Shown in pieces: positions 16,882 through 23,259 of a stretch of 23,259 nt of DNA; positions within the stretch are counted from its first letter, which is position 1, and each line of letters opens with the position of its first letter. A model generated the notes under the pieces. The model saw nothing but the letters and a program-made list of their open reading frames with translations. It ran no database searches and was not told where the DNA came from. The position numbers and the translations under genes were made by a program. This DNA is from an uncultured virus (IMG/VR IMGVR_UViG_3300025009_000009) (taxonomy: Duplodnaviria > Heunggongvirae > Uroviricota > Caudoviricetes): IMG/VR virus record IMGVR_UViG_3300025009_000009, positions 62,001 to 85,259 of that record. One strand, written 5' to 3'.

Positions 16882-16897
16882 TATATGAGGGTATAAT

Positions 16898-17233
16898 ATG
16901 TATTTCTTAAAATTAGTAATGTCTTTTCTTTCATTTATTATATTATGTGTTATAATTACGAGTGTTTATATTTATCTTGAAGAAAGTAAAAAAACTAATT
17001 TATGTAAAATACTTGAAAAAGAATTTAATATAATATACAATGTATATGAATATAATAATATGTTTTGTAAACAAACAATATGTATAAGTCCATATCTTTA
17101 TAGAAAAGATTATTTTAATAATTTACAAGAGATAACTTTATCAGATACAACATTAGAATGTACCAAAAATATTTATGAAAAATTAAGAATTCAAAAAGAA
17201 TATGAAAGTTATAAAATGGAGGTAAAACAATGA
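16898..17233 (+). CDS. Hypothetical membrane-anchored protein
   Basis: N-terminal TM segment; GAGGG SD. Confidence 0.6.
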   Translation: MYFLKLVMSFLSFIILCVIITSVYIYLEESKKTNLCKILEKEFNIIYNVYEYNNMFCKQTICISPYLYRKDYFNNLQEITLSDTTLECTKNIYEKLRIQKEYESYKMEVKQ

Positions 17234-17667
17234 AAATTTTCGAACTAGCTAAAGAATTAGGTTTAAAAGGTCATGAGTTACTTAACTTGATCAAAGAAAA
17301 CGACTATGGTTATACAGCAATTACACAGACTTTAGATGTTGATGATGAAAATAAGTTTAGAAATGAATTTAAAGATGTTAAAAAAGAAGTAACAATTGAA
17401 GAAATAAAAGAAGAAGTAGATCCTGAGATAAAAGAACATGATAAAATTGAGATGGTTGGTATTTATTATGATTATAAAAGAAAGAAATATATACCAATAA
17501 CAATGATTATATTACCAGAACAGTTTGAAACATTAAACGTTGTTAAAAATGGAGAATATAATACCATTTACAATGCTAAAAGTAAAATGGGAGAACTATC
17601 AACAAAGGCTAAGTTTTTTAATCCTAGTACATTAGAAAGACTTATAGATAAAAGGAGATTAAAATGA
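17230..17667 (+). CDS. Protein with N-terminal translation initiation factor IF2_N-like domain
   Basis: MKIFELAKELGLKGHELLNLIKE...TLD matches the IF2 N-terminal pattern (RVYELAKELG.S.KELL..L); no GTPase domain. Confidence 0.7.
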   Translation: MKIFELAKELGLKGHELLNLIKENDYGYTAITQTLDVDDENKFRNEFKDVKKEVTIEEIKEEVDPEIKEHDKIEMVGIYYDYKRKKYIPITMIILPEQFETLNVVKNGEYNTIYNAKSKMGELSTKAKFFNPSTLERLIDKRRLK

Positions 17668-17999
17668 TATTATTAAAAGAAGTATTTGATAAATTACCAG
17701 AAAAGGTGAGGAAGTTAATAACTGAAGAAAATGAAAAATATTGGGTAAATAGAAAAGGTAATATAAATCCATATATTACTAATATGGGATATTATCATGA
17801 ATATCTTGGTTATAATGTATATTATGAGTTTTGTAAAAATATTGAAACATTAGAAGATGTTAAATTAATAACTCAAATTGATATACCTAAATTATTAAAA
17901 TTAGAAAAAGAGAATGAAGAACTATACAAATTAAAAAAAGAATATGATAATCTAAAGAAAAGTATAGAAGTTATAAAAGATCAATTTAATAAAGGATAA
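17664..17999 (+). CDS. Hypothetical protein with C-terminal coiled coil
   Basis: AGGAG SD; ATGA coupling. Confidence 0.65.
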   Translation: MILLKEVFDKLPEKVRKLITEENEKYWVNRKGNINPYITNMGYYHEYLGYNVYYEFCKNIETLEDVKLITQIDIPKLLKLEKENEELYKLKKEYDNLKKSIEVIKDQFNKG

Positions 18000-18094
18000 T
18001 TGAAATGATTAAGGAAATATTCACATACGTTTGGGTTAGTATATTTGTTATTTCGTTGATAATATTAATGTTAAATCTTAACTAAGGAGTATAA

Positions 18095-18673
18095 ATGACA
18101 GAAAAAGAAATTTATGAAAAACTATCATCACCTTTTCCATCAGAAGCTTTTCAGGTAGATTCTAGTAGAGGATTTGATTTATCTAGTTTAAAAGCTCAGT
18201 ATATAGTTGAGCGTCTTAACGAAGTGCTTGGTATTGGTGGTTGGGATTTAGTTGGTGCTTATGAAAGAATTAAAGATGATATAATCTTTCAAGGTAAATT
18301 GTTCATAAGAATTGATGATAAAACTTATGAACATGATGGGGTTGGACATTGTGGACCTAAGAAAAACGTTGGTGATCAATATAAATCTGCTAAAACTGAT
18401 TGTCTTAGTAAAACAGCAAGTTGGTTTGGTGTTGGTAATGAATGTTTTAAAGGTTTAGTTGATCCTAAAACGATTAAGAAAGGAAATAATGTAACAAATT
18501 ACACTCAAACAACAAAACCGAGTGTAAATAATTACAAAACAGAAGAAAAAAAGGAGGAAAAACAAGAAGAAATACCAACTTTCAGCAAGAAAAAGAAACA
18601 AATGGAAGAAAAAACAGTAGAAACTGTTAAAAATGAAGAAAATACAGCAGTAAAAAGTACAAGTAAATGGTGA
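18095..18673 (+). CDS. Rad52/22-family (Sak-like) single-strand annealing protein
   Basis: LSSPFP, YIVERLNEVLGIGGW, YKSAKTDCLSKTASWFGVG; low-complexity charged tail. Confidence 0.85.
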   Translation: MTEKEIYEKLSSPFPSEAFQVDSSRGFDLSSLKAQYIVERLNEVLGIGGWDLVGAYERIKDDIIFQGKLFIRIDDKTYEHDGVGHCGPKKNVGDQYKSAKTDCLSKTASWFGVGNECFKGLVDPKTIKKGNNVTNYTQTTKPSVNNYKTEEKKEEKQEEIPTFSKKKKQMEEKTVETVKNEENTAVKSTSKW

Positions 18674-18831
18674 TAATATATGTTTAAACAAATCTTAATT
18701 GATGATATTTTATATTTAATTAATAGTAATGATGAATTAGTAACATATTGGGGTATTAATGGTGTTGGTCAAATACATATAGATCGAATATTTCCAATTT
18801 TAATTATAAATTTATTAACTAAGGAGAATTT

Positions 18832-19128
18832 ATGGCTAGATATTTAAATGTTGGTTCTATTACTAGAAGAAAAGGTAAAGAAGGCGGTGAAGTGTTACAA
18901 TTTGAGTTAGACAATGTATCGTTATCTGAATTTATTGATTTGATAAAGGAACACGGTAAACGTTATTTAGGTGATATGAATAAAGAAGATATTAAAGCTG
19001 GACAAGAGTTGAAATGGGATGATCCTAAGAGAATACCAAGATTAACTTTTGGCGTCTTTGAACCAAAGACGACTAACGAAAATGTTCGTAAATTCGTAAT
19101 GTTTAATATTTCGAAAAAAGTTGACTAA
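18832..19128 (+). CDS. Hypothetical protein (its position suggests an ssDNA-binding or replication accessory role)
   Basis: AAGGAG SD; lies between the annealase and the primase-helicase; function inferred from position only. Confidence 0.55.
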   Translation: MARYLNVGSITRRKGKEGGEVLQFELDNVSLSEFIDLIKEHGKRYLGDMNKEDIKAGQELKWDDPKRIPRLTFGVFEPKTTNENVRKFVMFNISKKVD

Positions 19129-19150
19129 ATAGGGTATCATATGTTATAAA
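19121..19150 (+). promoter_or_regulatory. Candidate sigma70 promoter TTGACT-18-(TGn)TATAAA for the primase-helicase
   Basis: TTGACT 19121-19126, TG 19142-19143, TATAAA 19145-19150. Confidence 0.45.
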
Positions 19151-19186
19151 TAGGGTAGTGAAGAAATATCATTACCCTATTTTTTT
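19148..19186 (+). terminator. Rho-independent terminator
   Basis: AAATAGGGTAGTGA / TCATTACCCTATTT stem running into a T tract. Confidence 0.75.
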
Positions 19187-19205
19187 GTAACCAATGAGGT
19201 TTTAA

Positions 19206-21239
19206 ATGGAAAAATTGTATTATAGATTGTGTAAAGGTATGAATTCGAAAGGTAAACTCTATGCTATAGAAGACAATATGTATAACCATATTGATGATTA
19301 TGAAAAGGATTGGTACTTTTCAACATATTTATATACCGAAGAACAAAGAAGAGAAATAGAAACTGAAATAGAAGAAGTTGATAAACAAGGTAACAAATAT
19401 ACAACAATTAGGGGTGTATCTGGTATTACTGATGTTAAAACAAATAAGATGTGTTTTGACTTCGATAGTCATGATAACCTCGAATTAGCTCGTAAAGACA
19501 CTTTAAAGCTAGTTGACAAACTTATTGGTGAAGGTATACCTAAGAAGGATATACAGCTCTGTTATAGCGGTTCTAAAGGCTTTGGTGTCATTATAGAGAC
19601 AGACACATACTTTACTCCAGAAGAGATTAAACGCACAGCATCATTCTTGACTACGGATTCTGAAACTTTTGATAGTAAAATGTATAACGCTAGTAGGATT
19701 TTTAGATGTCCACTAACGAAACATCCAGTAAGTGGGTTGTATAAGTATCCTTTAACTTATACCGAATTGAAAGATAAACATGCTAATGAAATAAAGGAAT
19801 TAGCTAAAAGTAATGATATAGATCCTTTAGATTACCAAGACTATTTTGATGTTGTACAATTACCAGAAAAGATAGTACATTTAAAGAATATTAAACCTAA
19901 AGTTAGTGTTAGTGAAGTTGATAGATTAGAAATGGTAACGAAACTAGATGATATTAACTTTTCAGAAAGACCTAGTTTTTTAACACCAGCAAAATATATG
20001 TTACATTTAGGTCACTTTCAAGAAGGTCAAAGAAGTCATTCAGCTATGATACTATGTTCAACATATAAAAAAGCTGGATTTAGTAAAACAGATTCTTATA
20101 GATTGCTTAAAAGTGTAATGGAGAGACAATCAGAAATTAATAACGTTGATAGATTTCCAGATGAAGAATTGTGGAATAACGTAGTTTCTGTTGTATATGG
20201 TAGTAACTGGAACGGTGGTACTTATAATAGTGATACTAGTGATTTGTTAGTTAAAACTAATTTATTACTTCCTGAATATTTAAGAGATACTAATAAAGGT
20301 AGTGGATTGGTTGACAATGATTATATTTTTGGTCAATTTAAAAAATTCATGGATGAGATTGATAAAAATACACTAAGATTTGGTATTAAAGATTTAGATA
20401 ATAAGGTTAAATTACTAACAGGTACAACAGTTGGTGTTTTGGGTATACCATCATCAGGTAAAACCGCTTTAGGTATGAGTTTGTTGGCTAATAATTCTAA
20501 AGTTGGTGAACAATCTATATTTTATAGCTTAGATATGTCAATAAACATTATAGCTTATAGACAAGTTCAAGCTATAACTGGTTGGGATGATGATATGATT
20601 AAAAATACATATAAAACAAATCCTAAACTATTCTTTGATAAATACAACGAATCTAAAGAAACTTTATTTAAAAACGTTACTTATTGTTTTAGACATGGAA
20701 CAACACCAGCGGATATTCGCTCTGATATAGTTAATTATGAACAAAATACAGGAAAGAAGGTGAGGTTGGTGTTAATTGATTATCTTGAAAATGTTCAAAG
20801 TGGTTATACAGACCCAACTATAGGTTCTGGAGTTGTTGCACAAAGTTTATCAAATATTGCAGCAGAACTAAACGTTTTGATTGTTATATTACTTCAAACA
20901 CAAAAAAATATACAACCAACAGAAGAAATAACATCAATGCGAAGCATTAAAGGGGCTTCAATAATTGAACAATCTCTTAGTGTTGCGATAGGTATAAGTC
21001 GTTTAGGACACTCATCAACTTATTCAGACTATGATACTAGTATGCAAGTTAATGTTATTAAGAATAGATTTGGTTCTCAATCTAGAGTTGATGTTGGGTG
21101 GTCTGGTAATTATGCTAAAATTAGAGATCTTACACAAGAAGATAGGAAGAATATTTCTGAAATTATTAGATTGAAGAAAGAAGATGCTGAAGAAAGAGAA
21201 GAAGAAAGAAGACAAAATAGAGGAAACGGTTGGGGTTAA
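19206..21239 (+). CDS. AEP-type primase-polymerase fused to DnaB-like SF4 helicase
   Basis: N: CFDFDS, YSGSKGF, RIFRCPLTKH. C: Walker A GIPSSGKT, SLDM, VLIDYL, IKGASIIEQ, KNRFG. Confidence 0.9.
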   Translation: MEKLYYRLCKGMNSKGKLYAIEDNMYNHIDDYEKDWYFSTYLYTEEQRREIETEIEEVDKQGNKYTTIRGVSGITDVKTNKMCFDFDSHDNLELARKDTLKLVDKLIGEGIPKKDIQLCYSGSKGFGVIIETDTYFTPEEIKRTASFLTTDSETFDSKMYNASRIFRCPLTKHPVSGLYKYPLTYTELKDKHANEIKELAKSNDIDPLDYQDYFDVVQLPEKIVHLKNIKPKVSVSEVDRLEMVTKLDDINFSERPSFLTPAKYMLHLGHFQEGQRSHSAMILCSTYKKAGFSKTDSYRLLKSVMERQSEINNVDRFPDEELWNNVVSVVYGSNWNGGTYNSDTSDLLVKTNLLLPEYLRDTNKGSGLVDNDYIFGQFKKFMDEIDKNTLRFGIKDLDNKVKLLTGTTVGVLGIPSSGKTALGMSLLANNSKVGEQSIFYSLDMSINIIAYRQVQAITGWDDDMIKNTYKTNPKLFFDKYNESKETLFKNVTYCFRHGTTPADIRSDIVNYEQNTGKKVRLVLIDYLENVQSGYTDPTIGSGVVAQSLSNIAAELNVLIVILLQTQKNIQPTEEITSMRSIKGASIIEQSLSVAIGISRLGHSSTYSDYDTSMQVNVIKNRFGSQSRVDVGWSGNYAKIRDLTQEDRKNISEIIRLKKEDAEEREEERRQNRGNGWG

Positions 21240-21271
21240 AATATATAATTTTTTAAAAAAGGGATTAATTA

Positions 21272-21799
21272 ATGAAAAAATCATGTAAAATTGCTATAAC
21301 ATGGGATTGTAATCTAGATTGTTCTTATTGTTGTAATAAGTTAGATGCTGTACAAAATAAGTTTCAAAATTCAACTTTAGATGAAATACTTGTTCAAAAT
21401 TATGAAAATATATCAATTACTGGTGGAGAAATAGGTATATGTCCAGAAAAACTTAACAATTATCTTGAGATTTTAGGAAAAACAAAATCGAAATTATGGT
21501 TATATACTAACGGTAGATTAATGCCACAAATGTTAATTAGACCTGAAAGAATTAATGGTATTAATATTAGCTGTCATAATAGTATATCACACAGTTTGTT
21601 ATGTGTGAATCAATGGGAAAAATATAAGGATATAAATATTAGATTACATATACAAGATGAAAAATATGATGACTATCTTATTAGTATGCAAAAATTAATA
21701 GAGTTATATATTCCTAAACAAAATATTAAATTGTGGACGTTAGATAAATGTTTTGACAATATTGAAGAAGATTGGTATTATATATCAGGAGTTAATTAA
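21272..21799 (+). CDS. Radical SAM protein
   Basis: CNLDCSYC (CxxxCxxC), ITGGE, YTNG. Confidence 0.85.
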   Translation: MKKSCKIAITWDCNLDCSYCCNKLDAVQNKFQNSTLDEILVQNYENISITGGEIGICPEKLNNYLEILGKTKSKLWLYTNGRLMPQMLIRPERINGINISCHNSISHSLLCVNQWEKYKDINIRLHIQDEKYDDYLISMQKLIELYIPKQNIKLWTLDKCFDNIEEDWYYISGVN

Positions 21800-21902
21800 A
21801 AATGATTTTACTTATATGTTTACTAATAATATTTTATGTAATTTTATTTATTGGGATTATATCTTATAAAGGTAAGAACTATATTAAAAAAACAATAAAA
21901 TA

Positions 21903-21920
21903 ATCGAACGGAGGTGAGAT
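21903..21920 (+). repeat. GA hairpin element with 4-nt loop
   Basis: ATC-GA-AC-GGAG-GT-GA-GAT before ATG 21923. Confidence 0.6.
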
Positions 21921-21922
21921 AT

Positions 21923-22276
21923 ATGACGTTAAAAGAGTGTATAGAAAAAGGATTTAAGAAATTTACTAGACCTAATTATAAAAAATATAATGTATATTGT
22001 TTCTTTGATTCAGATAATGCATTACAATACATGGATAGAGATTGGGTAGGATTTGATACTAATTATATAGTATTTAAAGATGATTTAATTGCTGATGATT
22101 GGGAAAAATATAAAGTAAAAGTTAAAAAAGAAAGATACATTTATTTACATAAATATGATATGATGAAAGAATTTAGAGTGGATTATAGACTATTTCTATC
22201 AATAGAAGATGCTGAAGAAATTAGAACATCCATGGCTGGAAAAATATTAAAAATAGAATGGGAAGAGGAGGAATAA
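21923..22276 (+). CDS. Hypothetical protein; N-domain resembles DUF2829/Tad2-like
   Basis: MTLKECIEKG.KKFTR...DDLIADDWE; C-terminal IEWEE module. Confidence 0.5.
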   Translation: MTLKECIEKGFKKFTRPNYKKYNVYCFFDSDNALQYMDRDWVGFDTNYIVFKDDLIADDWEKYKVKVKKERYIYLHKYDMMKEFRVDYRLFLSIEDAEEIRTSMAGKILKIEWEEEE

Positions 22277-22569
22277 TGAGCTATACTGAACATTTAGCAA
22301 GACAATTAGTTGAAGAAGCTATGAAAACAGAACAATCGTTAATCTTAGAACAGTTAACTGATTTAGTTTCTAGAAATTTGTTAGTTATAGAATCAACACA
22401 GCCAGTTATAATTCAAGATTGTTGTAGTAATAAATTAACAATACAAAAGAAAATAAAGTTGACTTTAAAAGATAAAGAATATATACTAAAACTAGAAGAA
22501 GAGAATAAAGAATTAAGATCTATAATTAAAAACTTAACTATAAGTTTAACTAATTATAAAGATATTTAA
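22276..22569 (+). CDS. Hypothetical protein with coiled-coil tail
   Basis: GGAGG SD; start moved to ATG 22276. Confidence 0.65.
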   Translation: MSYTEHLARQLVEEAMKTEQSLILEQLTDLVSRNLLVIESTQPVIIQDCCSNKLTIQKKIKLTLKDKEYILKLEEENKELRSIIKNLTISLTNYKDI

Positions 22570-22583
22570 CAAAAGGAATCAAA

Positions 22584-22862
22584 ATGAATAGTAAACTACT
22601 TACACATTTTTTAAACAAAACAGTATTTGTAACATTTCAACATGGTTCTAAAGTATTTGGTGAAGAAGATTTTGCTATAGAAGGCATCATTGTTGATATA
22701 GACAATGAGTTTATCTATATTAAATCAACAACAGTTAACGATAGAATTGCAGCATTTAAGATAAGTTTAATTGAGAGTATACAGGATGCTGAAGGAACTG
22801 AAGATATTGAAGAAGATTATGATAAATTTGAAAGTAATAATGGTGGTAATATACTGAATTGA
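22584..22862 (+). CDS. Sm/LSm/Hfq-like fold protein with acidic tail
   Basis: FLNKTVFVTF..G...IEGIIVDIDNEFIYI...FKISLIESI fits the Sm1/Sm2 pattern. Confidence 0.55.
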   Translation: MNSKLLTHFLNKTVFVTFQHGSKVFGEEDFAIEGIIVDIDNEFIYIKSTTVNDRIAAFKISLIESIQDAEGTEDIEEDYDKFESNNGGNILN

Positions 22863-22870
22863 GGTGTTAT

Positions 22871-22889
22871 TGCTGAAAGAATTGAGGTA
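22871..22889 (+). repeat. GA/GNA hairpin element upstream of repeat gene E
   Basis: TGCT-GA-AA-GAA-TT-GA-GGTA; the AA/TT inner stem is a compensatory variant. Confidence 0.65.
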
Positions 22890-22894
22890 TATGT

Positions 22895-23259
22895 ATGACA
22901 GAATATGAAAAAGATTTAGCTATGGTTAAACGAGATAGTTATGCTTTGGAATACGTTAAACATCAAACTTATGAATTATGTTTAGCTGTGGTTATAGAGA
23001 ATGGTTATGCTTTGAAATATGTTGAACATCAAACTCCCGAATTATGTTTAGCTGCTGTTAATCAATATGGTTATGCTTTACAATTTGTTAAGCATCAAAC
23101 AGAAGAAATATGTTTAGCTGCTGTTAAACAAAATGGTTATGCTTTGAAATATGTTAAACATCAGACAGAAGAAATATATTTAGCTGCTGTTAAAGAGAAT
23201 GGTATGGCTTTACAATTTGTTAAACATCAAACAGAAGAAATATGTTTAGCTGCTGTTAA
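22895..23259 (+). CDS. DUF4116-like 22-aa repeat protein, copy E (3' truncated by the window; not in the ORF track)
   Basis: MTEYEKDLAMVKRDSYALEYVKHQTYELCLAVVIENGYALKYV...; GAGGT SD; 23000-23259 identical to 7824-8083. Confidence 0.85.
   Translation, partial: MTEYEKDLAMVKRDSYALEYVKHQTYELCLAVVIENGYALKYVEHQTPELCLAAVNQYGYALQFVKHQTEEICLAAVKQNGYALKYVKHQTEEIYLAAVKENGMALQFVKHQTEEICLAAV

Noticed and set aside
167..21284. All minus-strand ORFs in the track, including the two MSLIQAKSFSYCVI ORFs
   Set aside because: They overlap well-supported + strand genes, lack recognisable motifs, and the duplicated start is simply the antisense of copies B and C
1..23259. Stop-codon reassignment
   Set aside because: Long conserved genes are intact in code 11, and TAA, TAG and TGA all terminate genes

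Overview
Very AT-rich, gene-dense DNA with almost all credible genes on the + strand. It reads as the early/middle and replication region of a large tailed bacteriophage; no structural genes, tRNAs or CRISPR arrays were seen. Recognisable genes: the RtcB C-terminus, a RimI-like GNAT, DUF932, a PhaR-type DNA-binding domain, PcfJ-like, Gp88-like, a Cas4/RecB-like PD-(D/E)XK nuclease, an IF2_N-domain protein, a Rad52/22 (Sak-like) annealase, an AEP primase-DnaB helicase fusion, a radical SAM protein and an Sm/Hfq-like protein. A ~1.3 kb largely non-coding block (3417-4732) holds three sigma54-type -24/-12 sites and precedes a run of tiny genes. Two features stand out. (1) Five dispersed paralogues of a 22-aa (66-bp) DUF4116-like repeat protein have fixed caps and variable repeat number and residues; they are mosaics of one another through 200+ nt identical blocks, and each complete copy ends in the RBS of the next gene. 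(2) About 13 short intergenic hairpins share the pattern stem-GA-NN-GNA-NN-GA-stem. They show compensatory changes, are sometimes nested inside one another with TA flanks, can adopt an alternative fold, and usually contain the Shine-Dalgarno of the downstream gene. Family assignments come from motif recognition by eye, not from database searches.
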